A stretch of DNA of 64,000 nucleotides, from the NCBI GenBank assembly GCA_951406725.2, contig OX597832.1, positions 36,952,001 to 37,016,000 of the forward strand, written 5' to 3'. The stretch's first letter is position 1, and every line of letters begins with the position of its first letter. Position numbers and translations under genes: made by a program. This DNA comes from Octopus vulgaris (taxonomy: Eukaryota). Below the pieces are notes generated by a model. That model saw nothing but the letters and a program-made list of their open reading frames with translations. It did not search any database and was not told the DNA's origin. This document shows, in pieces, positions 25,911-38,023 of the stretch.

Positions 25911-27532
25911 AATGTTTGCATGATATTATGTTGTGCATGTGAGCTACTGTCAAGCTATGATGTTGTGATGTTCATCACGATTTGCCTTATGTCTCTTGGC
26001 AGACGTTCACAATTGTTTTTGCTGTTTCCAACTACAAATGGAAAGGTTCCTCAAAGATACAAATGTCATTTCCTAAAATCTCTCAACCTTTGACAAGTTG
26101 TAAAACAACTTGTCAAAGATTATTGACGAAGAAGAGGAGGAGAGCTGAGAGGAGGCAGGCATTGTATCTTACTGTGAACAATTGAGAGCAAATTCTAGTC
26201 TTAATTCTTAGATGGTGCCACTCCACATGTATTTCTAGAACAGAGGAACCACTAATGCCTGCTGTCTCCATAGTGTACCACTGGTACCTGCTGTCTCTAT
26301 AGTACACCATTGTTTACTGTTTCCCTAGTGCATCACTGGTATCTAAATTGATGGATATCTTTTACATGTCTCTGCCATCACCTTCTGTTTTCTCTGTCCA
26401 GTTCATTGTTGTAGATACATGTTAATCTTTCTATTGGAACATTATTCTATTCTGCCGTTATTAACCAATGTTGTCTCTGCTGCAATTCATTTGAATTCAA
26501 TTGCTCTCCCCCCCTCCCCGTTAGAATTCTTGCTGACCATTTCCATTATGTTGGCCATTTATAGCAAACAACAACATTAGAAGATGCTTTTTCTGTTTTA
26601 TTTTATTTTCTCTCATTTTTATCTTGATGGAATCAAATTTATTAATTTGCCTCAGACAAACATTTTACATCTGGTTAATATTACTTTTTAAATTAGAATT
26701 ATCTTTCGGATTAGTGTTTCCATGAAAATTTACCTTAAATCTTCAATATTTTCATTTTTATTGTTATTACACAATTTTCTACTACCACCACCACCACCAC
26801 TGCTATTCTTACTATTTTTCCATTTCCTTTTCAGAATTCTTAATGTATAAATCCTCTTCTTCTTCTTTTTAATGTTTTCTTAATTTCTTGAACAATGGCA
26901 AGAACAACAATGCATTGATGCACATTTCACTCTGATTCTCTCACAAATATTTACTTAATTCCTTCTTAATCTTAGCATGTTGTCTTTAAGTCTGTACGCT
27001 CTTTTCCAACAGATTTTGATTGGTAGATCCTGAAATTGGATGGATTCTCTCTCCATCATTTCTTAAAATCTGTGGATCACTTCTAAGATTGGTCTCGTGG
27101 ATTCTGTGTTGAAATTGATTTTTGTGGATAAGAGTTAAAACTGGTTTCAGTGGATCTGGCTAAAATCAGATTCTGTGAATCTGTGTCAATATTGAATAGT
27201 CCTGGCATTATAATGTCGAATGGATTGTTTACTTAACTATTCAGGTTCCTAAGTTCTCGGATATTAACATTTCTGAATGGGAAGATATTCAACTCTGTCA
27301 GACAAACATGAAACTACATTTTCCTTGCTCTGCTATTATGGAAGAGAAAATGTATTTAACTGCACATTGCCAAGACTGTTGAGTGTCATACCGAATGCTT
27401 CAGTTTAGTTCCTTGGGATCCATTTCAGGATTTAAATAAAAATTAAAAAAACCCATTTTAATCCGTTCTGAGTCAATCAATCAACCGTATCAACTCCTGT
27501 AAATCTAGTTTTGTGTCCAGACAAGAAGCTGA

Positions 27533-27855
27533 AGTGGTGAGCTGGCAGAATTGTTAGCATGCTGGGCGAAATACTTAGCGGTATTTCATCTGCCACTACA
27601 CTCCGAGTTCAAATTCCGCCATGGTTAACTTTGCCTTTCATCCTTTCGGGGTTGATTAAATAAGTACCAGTTGCATACTGGGTCAATGTAATCAACTAGT
27701 CCCCTCCCCCAAAACTTCAGTCCTTGTGCCTATAGTAGAAAGGTTTACCATTGTTATTATTATTATTAGGTACCAGTTGCATACTGGGGTGTATGTAATC
27801 AACTAGTCCTCTCTTCCTCCTCCTCAAAGATTTTGTGCCTATAGTAGAAAGGATT
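27533..27855 (+). mobile_element. SINE family A plus duplicated 3' half
   Basis: Well-preserved copy: gagctggcagaattg...gagttcaaattccgcc...ctttcatcctttcgggg...taagtaccag. Confidence 0.9.
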
Positions 27856-29338
27856 TATTACCATTAATTAACTATCATTTGTCTCTGCTCCTATTTCATC
27901 ATAACTGACAATGCATCTCATTCTTCCAGGGTCAATGAAATAACTGGCAATCATCTCTACTTATTCTGTTTGCAAATTTGAGACTTAAGTGTCAGTGTGA
28001 GACACAGAAATCCTTAAGATAGTTAATTTCCACAGAAATATGTGATATTGCAGGAATTAGAGTTTGAAGAGACTGCGTAATAGGAAACGGTTGATGTCAG
28101 TTTTGTCTTTCCAGTGTTCTGCTGGTAGTAAAATGTGTGAGGATGGCAGATCACTTAAGGCTTGGTGACATATCAAGCATTTAAGACCCTTCTGAATTCT
28201 CATGAGGTGAGAGCTACCTGCTTGCCTCCAGAATGATAAGCTGCCTGGAAAACTACTTAAGTGCAATTTCTCATGGATCTGTGAACCAAATTAACGTTAT
28301 TTCTTCAAACTGCTGGCTTCAAAGTATTCCTTCTGCACTAATTAAGTTTGGAACACACTTCTTCATTTCACTGAATACAGGGTTTTTAAGATTAGATCAT
28401 CAGATGAAAGGTGTATTTCATTTGAACCATTTAGAGAGCTGTGGGGGGGTTGGGATGAGATCAGTGATGATTCGTGTAGAATTATTAACACTAATTACAC
28501 TTAAACATGACAGAAAATATTGGGTGTCAAAAGATACAGATGTCATATCAATAGACATTTAGCTTAGTTCTGTGGCTGAATGTACGTAGCTTTCTCTATA
28601 CACACACACTCTCTCTCTCTCTACCATATTTGGTTAACATGTAAAACACCTTTTAAAGTTAACAAAAGTATGTGACATGTTCCCAACTAGATGTTTTTGT
28701 TTTCTTTCCTTTTTTTACCAGCTCATTGAACTGGTTAAGAGGTTTGTGTTGAAGGAAAATAGCATCACCATTTCCATAGCGTCTGTCTCCCCCCCCCTCA
28801 TGATTTGTTATTAATTATTATGTTACTTGCTGTCAAAATACACGTCTTCATGTGAAATAGTTTTGTCTCTATATATAATCTGGAATTCATTCAGCATGCC
28901 ATCATCACATGCAAGAAACATTGATAAAACAAACAATATGTTTACACACATTACACATTCTTTAAAAAAAAAAAAACTCCATTTAACATTGCTAAATGTT
29001 ATTATGTTCTGTAAATTGCTATATTCACTGTTGACAATGATCAATAATTTTTACCTTCATAAGAAATTTTATTTAAATAATTGTCATTAGGAACTTTATT
29101 AAAAACCCAGAATCTAACCATCTAAAAACCATCATTCTATTTATATATTTCTGAATGACTATTGTTTATTTTTGTTGTTTTCTCTGTTTATTTTTTTGTT
29201 CTTTTTTTTAATTTTTATTATTAACCATCTGTAAAAAAACTTCTCATCCAGCTCTCTCTTTCTTTGACTCTGTCTTTTAACACACAACCAACTATTTGTC
29301 TCTCCTACAATCAATTTGATCCTATCTCATTACTACAG

Positions 29339-29374
29339 GTGGATTAGCCAGTGATAGTAGGGAAGGTAGTCTTC
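29339..29374 (+). CDS. dlg1: dlg1 HOOK small exon, I5-like (36 nt, phase 1-1)
   Basis: tactacag acceptor after ~85 AG-free nt, C|gtaagt donor. Encodes (G)GLASDSREGSL(R), resembling vertebrate I5 NASDSESSY(R). Confidence 0.85.
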
Positions 29375-29839
29375 GTAAGTAATATCTTCCTTCAAGTTTA
29401 TCCAAAACATTCATGGGACAAGTCTTTGTTACTTTTCTGTTTTCCTTTTTATTTAATTTAATTTTCCTTTTCTGTAAAGCTTGCCTCAGGCTCTGGTGTC
29501 TGTTGTCCTTCTTCTCCTTCTGTTACATCTCTGCCACTCTTATCTTGCTTCTCATCATCTCTTTTCTCTCTCTCTCTGCCGATGTCGCAAGAAGGATTAA
29601 GGATTACCATGTTAACACCTCCAAAATCATGGAATCATTTTCAATGTCTTGTGGTTCCACAAACGTACAGCTTCATAACAGTTTCACAACCCATTTCAGA
29701 ATTAGCCATGGTAACCCTTTTGTTAAGGGTCTACTCTAACCCTGACCCCATTCTTAATTTCTTTTCACATTAAAAAATAGCAACAACATCAACAAATTTG
29801 TTTTTGTTTTGCTTTTTTTTTTTTTCTGTATATTTGTAG

Positions 29840-29869
29840 TCCTTAAAAGACGGATCCCTTCCAGTCGAG
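29840..29869 (+). CDS. dlg1: Candidate 30-nt microexon, (L/V)LKRRIPSSR, phase 1-1
   Basis: Long T tract with TGC, tttgtag acceptor, strong GAG|gtaaga donor. 30 nt, open frame. Confidence 0.75.
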
Positions 29870-30384
29870 GTAAGACCCTGGTGAGCCGAGTGTCTCAGGC
29901 CTCGCTTTAAGTTGCTGTTGTAGCAGTTTCACTTCACACATCTCTTGGTCATCACACATTCTTGCTTCTCCTTCTCTCTCTCTCTTGCTGAGAATGTGTG
30001 GAGGAGAGGCTGTGCAATGAAGTAGAAGTAAGCTTTGTGGTTTCAATTCCCTGTTGTATCCACTTCACTTCACAAATGTTTTGGGGAAAGACATGAAAAC
30101 CATCACATCACAACATGCAATATTTCTTCTTCCTTACAATCTCAAAATTATTGCTTGCTTAAGGACATTTTTTTTTTTTCTTTTTATGTTCAGGATTAAG
30201 GATATTTTGTAGACCCCCACCCAACAAATATTTAATTTGGTTGGCGTCAAGAGTCACTCATTAACATAATGGAATGTTAAAGTTCGAATGCTTTAAAATT
30301 GGATCTATATGTGATTGTGATGTTATTTTGACTTGGGTCGGAGGAATTACTTCAGACTATGGCAGTCAATAGGTGCATAAAACC

Positions 30385-30670
30385 ATATGGCTCAGTGTTT
30401 AGAGTATTGGGCTCACTATCATGAGATAGTGAGTTCAATTCCTGAATTGGGCTGTCTGTTGTGTCTTTGAGCAAGACACTTTATTTTATGTTGCTCCAGT
30501 TCACTCAGCTGTAGAAATGAGTTGTGATGTCACAGGTGCCAAGCTGTATCGGAGAGGGGAGGCTGGTACGCACGGTTGACTGACTGCTGGTCTTCCATAA
30601 ACAACCTTGCCCAGACTTGTGCTTCAGTGGGTATCATTCGGGGTGCAATCCCATGACCGAAGGGGGTCTT
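30385..30670 (+). mobile_element. SINE family C
   Basis: A/B boxes tggctcagtg / gagttcaattcc. Homologous to the 17505 copy. Confidence 0.85.
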
Positions 30671-31169
30671 TATGGCTGTCGATACACTTTATCTTATCCT
30701 AGATTTTCATTCCTTCTTATTGCCATTTAACTTCATTTATATTCTAATTCTTTTGCAAAACGCTTGAATATTGCAAAATCACATTCCTCTCCTCCTCAGG
30801 TGGTGTGTATATAATATACACCTCTAACAGTATATGTACCCTGCGTAGGTATATAATACATTCATACACAGGCTTTCTCATTCACTCATGCATTATACAC
30901 GCTTTCTCACTCACAGGTCGAACTTCTGTCAAGCCATATATGGCCATCTGCACTAATGCCAAATATATGAGTTTGCTCACAGGCTGAGAGCATTTGTCTC
31001 ACCTGGGAAAGAGGTGCTGAGTTGGTTGCTTCTGGCAACTTTCTACAGACTTGCTTCTGCTTTGTGAAAGCTCCATCATAAAGGATCTGTCTTCACGTGT
31101 GATGGTCATTCAACTACAATCACCAATTACATTAATGAAGCATTTTTGCAAACCTCATTTATCTTCATC

Positions 31170-31545
31170 TTTTTTTCTTTTACTCGTTTCAGTCGTAAGA
31201 CAACAGCCATGCTGGAGCATGGCTTTGAAAGGTTTAGTCAAACAAAATGCTCCCCATTTTTTTTTAAGATTTTATTCTTTAAGTCTGGTATTCTATCTAT
31301 TTCTTTTTGCTGAACCACTAAGCTTTGGGGATGTAAACAAACTAACACCTGTTGTCAAGCATTGGAGGTGGGGGTCAAACAAATGCATGCACACAAAAGG
31401 TTTCCATCTACCAAATTCACTCACTAGGCATTAATCGGCCCAGGGCTATAGAAGAAGATGCTTACCCAAGGGGCCATAGAGTGGAATTGAACCTGATGCC
31501 ACATGGCTGCAAAGCAAGCTCCTTAACCACACAGCCATGCTTGTA
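31170..31545 (-). mobile_element. SINE family B
   Basis: Homologous to 420-770 and 39075-39430. Confidence 0.85.
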
Positions 31546-31564
31546 CCTGTATGTGTATCTTTGA

Positions 31565-31770
31565 AACCCAAAAGAAACTGGATATGACAACTGCATTCAG
31601 TTTGGCTGTGGGTCTCAGAGTATGCAATTTCATGGATCCACATTTCAGACAACCAAAGATTCTATTGATGTATTCTAGCCTATGATGAATCTCTTTACCA
31701 ATATCTGCGTCCTGTGACAGGTGACTGGCTGCACCAGGTTCCTTCTTGCCGTGTGTTTGTTGAAGCAACA
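31565..31770 (-). mobile_element. RTE-clade LINE reverse transcriptase fragment
   Basis: SHLSQDADIGKEIHHRLEYINRIFGCLK...NAVVISS resembles RTE YLGS.LS.D..ID.EI..RI..A...FG.L. Confidence 0.7.
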
Positions 31771-34700
31771 CCTTCGTGTGTATTAGTAATTATAGGTTTT
31801 CTGCCCAAAGTTGCACTAACCTGTGGTATCACCTGCTCGTTAATGTAGTCATGGTTTTTGTTCTGGTGTTAAGCAAGAGTGGAATAGCTTGCCATTTCTG
31901 CAGTCCAAGATCTGAACACCAGGTGAGAGTTTAACTATAGTCAGTACAAGCATAGTGAAGAGAAAGATGAAAGATGTGTGTGTGTGTGTATATATACATA
32001 TACATACACACATATATATACATGCACACATTAGGTAGATAGATACTTTATACACATATACATGCATCCACACTATAAAGTTAAATATATGATAGAGACA
32101 ATTACAAAATATCTTCTGACGACCAATCTTCTGCAAAAGTTGAAAGGGACCCCAGCCACTCCATCCATCACAGTAATGTCACCCTATTGCCATTCTCACT
32201 GCTACCATTGTCATCCTTCACCTTTCATGCGACACTTCCTGCACATACCATCTTTTATTGTCTGTATCACCACCAGCTAATGTCTGATCACCTCAGCTAA
32301 ACTTCACCACAAGCAATATTTCGTTCTATCTGTCTGTCGGTCTCTATAGCTAACTAGCCATCTGTACATGTTGCTCTATCCATCAACATTTCTCTCTCCA
32401 TCTCTTTATATGTCATTCTGTCTATATAACTTTATATCAGTCTGTATCTGTTATGCTTCTTTCTCTCTATCTTCTCCCCCCCCCATCTCTCTCTCTCTTT
32501 TTACCTATGTGTTAAAGATATTTACTCTTTATTTAATTCAGTTACAATATATTTATATGAATTTGACTGGCACCTAGGTTTTGCCCCTTAACAGCTTGTT
32601 AAGCCACTGGGGCAAAACTTGAGGTCCCCAGACAAATCAATATAATCAATAAATTTCACTCTTTGTTTTGAATCACATCAATAAATGCTTTTGTTTTTTA
32701 ACAAGCCGATTCACTCTACCAAATGACATATCTGTGCAAATAAATATATATTCACACACACACACACACACACAAGCTTGGCATCGAGTATATTTAGCAA
32801 AGAGTGAAGCTGAAAGTAAGAATTTCGCCAATGTTTCGTGACATAACAATCAGATATATGAAGTGGTCTAGATTACGAGGCTGCAATGGGAAGGAATGGA
32901 TGTCATTGGAGAGGTGTGTATGGAATGATGATGGGTAAAAACTGGTGAGTGCTATGGCAAGAGGTTGTTGAATGCATGGTAGAAAGGCCGTTCAACAAAA
33001 TTGCCCTCAGCCTCATTAGTGGCCCTGGTGCGGGAGAGAGCAGAATCTCATTGAAATATGCTTGCACCCATCCACTTCCTTGATTCAGTACTTGACTGCT
33101 GGGTCCAGCACCTTGATGGCAGGTAGAAGCATCTATCATGAGATCCTTCTGGAAAAGAAGTGAATGGCATTACATGGCCCTTCCTTGTTCATAATCCTCT
33201 GAACTATTAGAAACTAGGGCAGATTAGTGTGCATCATCATGGACCCCTCTATGCGTCCATATAGAGCTTCCTATCACAACTCTAGTTCACCTTCTGGTTC
33301 TGGTCAAAGTGTTCATTAGAGAACCTAGAGGATGAGTGTGTTTAGCATTCATTTTGACTGGGTCTCGAAATTTTCCTGGGTTTTACTTCAGAGTGATGGC
33401 CCTCATCGACCTACTGGGATCGTTACTGATGATGTCCTGGACCCGTTGGACAAATCTGGCCATCTTGACATTGAATGACTGTTGAGAATGTGTCTTTTTA
33501 TTGGTCACAAACGACACAATCCCTTATCAGGCTCTTGCTCAATGCAGAACCCCAGAACATGAAGGACCCATCCATGTTCTGCTCGTGATCTCTGAGTCAA
33601 CAGAGTTGGCAGCTAAAGCCACGAACGCAAAGCAGCTTTTCGTTTTCTTTGTCAGATTAGAATTTGCCTTGAAAGACACCTGAAAGAGAAATTTGAAACA
33701 TTATATTTATTTCATCTTCCATTTATGGCCTTCTAAATTTTGTTCAGAAAAAAAAAAACTCAGTACATCCTACACCTATCTAGACCTACTCCTCTCTCTC
33801 TCTCTCTCTCTATGTATGTCCCTCTCTCTTTGTTTCTTTTCTCATTTTGTTTTTTGCCTTTCTGTTGTTTTTTTTTATCCTTTCTCTTTTTATATCCAGC
33901 TTCACTTTCCATGTCCATGTATAATTTGGTATATTTTAATGTATAAAGTAAATAAAGCAATATAGACAATGTATATGTAAATGTTGTGTGTGTGAATGTG
34001 ATCTACAGATGTAATTTATAATATATATATACATATATATATATAAAGCATGTATGTATAAATTGGTGCTTACAAGTATCTGTATTTGCATGTTAGTATC
34101 ACAGGTATGTATATATATATCTGCAACAAAGTAGACGGATCATTTGGGATAAAAGTTTCTGAGTCAATCTACTACAGGCATTTTTCCACAGCTCTAAGCA
34201 AACCACTTTATTCTATACACTCCATATCTGACCTCCCAGTCAGGTAGTATGTGTCATGTTGTAAATGCCTGAAGCACAGGTATGATCGAGTGGTTGCAAA
34301 GTTTGTTTCCCAGCAATTTGGTTCCAGGTTTCATCACGTTGCTCAGCACTTGGACAAGTATCTGCTGTGTGCGTGGGAGTGTGTGTGTGTGTAGCTGGGC
34401 AAGACTGCATCATTCCATGTATAAACACAATCCAGTCTACATGTACACGAACTATTCTCCTCTTTTTTCAGTTCGACTCCCTCCCCCCTTTTCTGCCTGT
34501 CATTGTGTACACATGTAGATGTTTATGCTCCTCTCCTGGTATCCCAGGTCTAACTTGTTGCTTGACTACTCACACTAATCATTGAAATGCCATTAACCAT
34601 TCGCGATATTAACATTTAACTGGCAACATTCTATTCAAATCACTAAGATTTCATCGTCTGCCCATATTTTCATGTTGTTGCATGCCATTAGAATTCTTTC

Positions 34701-35740
34701 TAAAATTCCTGTGAAATTTTTTTTTGTCATTTTTGTTGCAATAATTTCATTAAATTTTATAATTTCATATTATTACCTACACAATATTGTATGTGTGTGT
34801 ATAGATATAGATATATAGAGAGATAGATAGTTATTCATTTTGAAGTGATTTCATTTCATTTTGTTGCAACTATTATATTTATTGAAACTGCTAGTGAAGG
34901 AATTCTTTTAATTTCAGGTTTGCATTACTGCAGCTTCCCAATTATGGCATTCTGTGTGTGTGTATATGTATATGTGTGCTTGTGATTGTGTGTGTACATG
35001 TATATGTGTGCTTGTGATTGTGTGTGTGTGTCTGCACACGTTAATGTTAAGAATGGCTGATGTTGGCTGCTCATTGTTGTGTTGTAGACGACTTTTGCAT
35101 GTTTGTTGTTGTTAATTTTTTTCCTTCCCATGTTTCATTTTTTTACATTCTGAAGTAAGATGGAATATTCTAGAATTGTGGATCTCATCCATTTCTCTGT
35201 CTTAACTATTTTCAGCTTCTCAAAAGCCATGGTGGGCCCGTTTGAGGCTAAAGAGGCTTTATTCTCATCTAAATGAGTAAATTAGGAAAATAAGGATTAC
35301 TGAGACGTTATGCTGATCCTTAGAATATCCTCTGTGGGAGTTTGCTACACTGTCATCACATGTTTGATAATCTACGTCTAGTTTCTGAAAAAAAAAATCA
35401 CAGATCATTACATTTAAACTGTATCTTAAAATTGATTAGACTGTTTATTGATGAGTTAATAAAGGGTATTGCGTATGGCAGACCCTACAAATGTCAGTGA
35501 AATATTTCGTGGTTTATGTGACGAGTACTTAGTGGGTTAGTAGGGACTATTATGTGAGGACCTACAATTGACTGTCAAATACATCAGGTTAGTTATTATG
35601 TGGGACTCGACGACTATCAGACATTTGATGTTTTAGTGGGTTATTGTAGCAGCAGACTCTACAATTAGCTGTTGAATATTTAATTTCTCTAACTCCTATT
35701 GTCTCCTTGCTAATTCTTCTTTTATCTATCTTTATTTTAG

Positions 35741-35788
35741 GTGGTGATGAACCTATCTTATCATACGAAGCAGTCATACAGCAGGAGT
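35741..35788 (+). CDS. dlg1: dlg1 exon joining HOOK to GK (48 nt, phase 1-1)
   Basis: ttttag acceptor, T|gtaagt donor. Encodes (R/G)GDEPILSYEAVIQQE (conserved LSYE.V). Confidence 0.95.
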
Positions 35789-35974
35789 GTAAGTAGGGTG
35801 TTTTCTGGTGATTTTTTTTTTAGCTATTCTGCCCAGTATTTTACTTTAATGGTATTCTCTCTCTCTCTCTCTCAACCTTTCACTCTGTCTATACTCACTC
35901 TATCCCTCCTTTCTTTTTTCCCCCAAAACTATGCAAGTCTTAATTTACAACACTCTGACACTTCTCTGTTGCAG

Positions 35975-36076
35975 TGAAGTACACACGGCCTGTCATTATC
36001 TTGGGGCCCTTGAAGGATAGGATAAACGATGATTTGATCTCTGAATTTCCTGACAGATTTGGCAGCTGTGTACCAC
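35975..36076 (+). CDS. dlg1: dlg1 guanylate kinase-like domain exon (102 nt)
   Basis: ttgcag / C|gtaagt. Encodes (L)[33 protein letters not shown](H). Confidence 0.98.
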
Positions 36077-36953
36077 GTAAGTAGTTTTATATTTTTTCTC
36101 CTAATAATATGGGTGTGATGGGAGTTCCCTGCTGTCTGAGATTTTGGGGCCTTAAAACAAGAAATAAAAGGTTATGTCATTTTATTGTTCAAGTTTATAT
36201 CAATTCTGATGGTTGATCATGTAATTTCAATGCTGTCTTAGGCTTTTCTTGGAAAAGATTGTGTAATGATCACCAATACTTGTGTCATATAGTAAACTAC
36301 TACTACTACTACCACAAACTGGTTAATCAGATGTGATACAGTTTGTTATATCTGAGACATTGGTTGACCAATCACAGCTGGGATGACAGACACATATTGT
36401 AAGATGGCAAATAGGTAAGTAAGACTACTGAAAACCAAACATCTGAATGTTTTAAATGACATTTATTTACTTCTGAGAAGCAATATTCATAGTCTGGTGT
36501 ATAGACTATACCACAATACCGTTCTAACAGAACATCCACATTTAAGTGGGGATGAATATTGCTTCTCAGAAGTAAATAAATGTCGCCACTGGACAATATG
36601 TGGAATTGTGAAGACAGGTTGAGGCAGTCTCACACAACAGGCTTCCATACAATTTCTATCTTCCAAATTTTATTCACAAAGCATTGGTCAACCCAAGGCT
36701 GTAGGGAAGGACACTTGTCCACATTGCCACATAGGTATGGATCAAACCTGAAACTACATGGTTTTGAAGCAAACTTCTTAACTACAAAGCTATGCCTTCA
36801 CCTTTTATAAACATGTAGCCACACATGTTATATACATGTGTGGGTTGTAAAATCTCCCATGTAATCAGTGTAGATACACAATATTGATACTAGCTTGATA
36901 TACATTATAATCTATTAGCAGAAATACACTCCCTTTCCCCCTCATCATCCCAC

Positions 36954-37308
36954 TCCAGACCTATTTTGGCCGATTTTTGTTGCACTTCAAAACCATGGGA
37001 GAAGCATTTTTGGTCAAAAATTTTTTTAAATTAATATTTTCAGAGGGAATAGTGAGTGATTTAAGGGAGACTTGGCTGTTGTTTCTAGCACCTCCCAAGA
37101 CAATCCTCCACATTTCTTTATCACTCTCACTCAATATTTTTCTCCCCATAAATACATTTATATGCTAAAGAGAAGAAAATTTGCTAGAAACAACAGTAAA
37201 CCTCCCTTGAATTGTCTTCACCTTTTCCTCTGAAAAATTTTTTTTTTTTCTCAAAAAATGCTCCTGGAGGTTTTTAAGTTTTAAATAAATGGCCAAAATC
37301 TGTCTGAA
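36954..37308. repeat. Long imperfect inverted repeat (arms 36954-37090 / 37182-37308)
   Basis: cagac..attttggcc...agcatttttg...ttttcagagg...aagggag...ctgttgtttctagca is mirrored by tgctagaaacaacag...ctccctt...cctctgaaaa...caaaaaatgct...ggccaaaat..gtctg. Confidence 0.85.
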
Positions 37309-38023
37309 TAGTTATTTTTGTAAGGCTTAGTCCAAACAACCATAACAACAAAATCACTTAATTTTTTTTACAAAATACATAATGTTTTTACACTGGATTT
37401 TCCAAATGGCAAATTAAAACTTGAAATGTAAACATTGAAACAGAGAGTGAGAGACTTTGCAAATGAAAACAGAATACTCCACAGTGAATGCAATGAATAT
37501 TTAAATTTGTGAAAAATTGGAGTTCAAAAATTCAATAAAGTTTGGAAATAGAAATTATAGGAAATTTCTTAGAACATGAATTTATTAAAGATTTCCAGAC
37601 AGTCAAGCCTTTGATAATTGCTTTCTTTTAGTAATTGTTACATACCTAATTAATAAGCGGCTTTCTGCGTTATAATATAGATATTGTTGTGACGGTGCCA
37701 TGTAAAAGAACTCACGCCAGTGTCACATAGAAGCACCTGGTACACTCTCCAAAATGGTTGGCATTAAGAAGGGCATCCATCTGTAAAAACCAGACAAATG
37801 GAACCAGGGCACCCCTCCAGCTGGCCAATTCATGTGAAACTGTCCACCCGATGATATTTTCCTCAAACACTCTTTCTAATTCTCATATAACAAACACATA
37901 ATCTCTTCCATCTCAGACTTACAGCAGATATTATAATATTAATCAGTCAGTTACTCTTTGCTGAAGGTCTGTTAGTACAAGGCCACCCTTATTTCACTAC
38001 CATCTTCTCATCTGTACTTACAG

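Noticed and set aside
28722-28733. 12-nt unit after a strong pyrimidine tract (ccag|CTCATTGAACTG|gttaag)
   Set aside because: Contains TGA in the required phase and the donor is mediocre. A poison exon cannot be excluded but has no support.
32870-33660. GC-richer coding-like block (also 7790-8310, 13300-14050, 44600-45340, 48660-49780)
   Set aside because: Probably very decayed transposon remnants, but no motif could be identified with confidence. A translated search against a TE protein library is needed.
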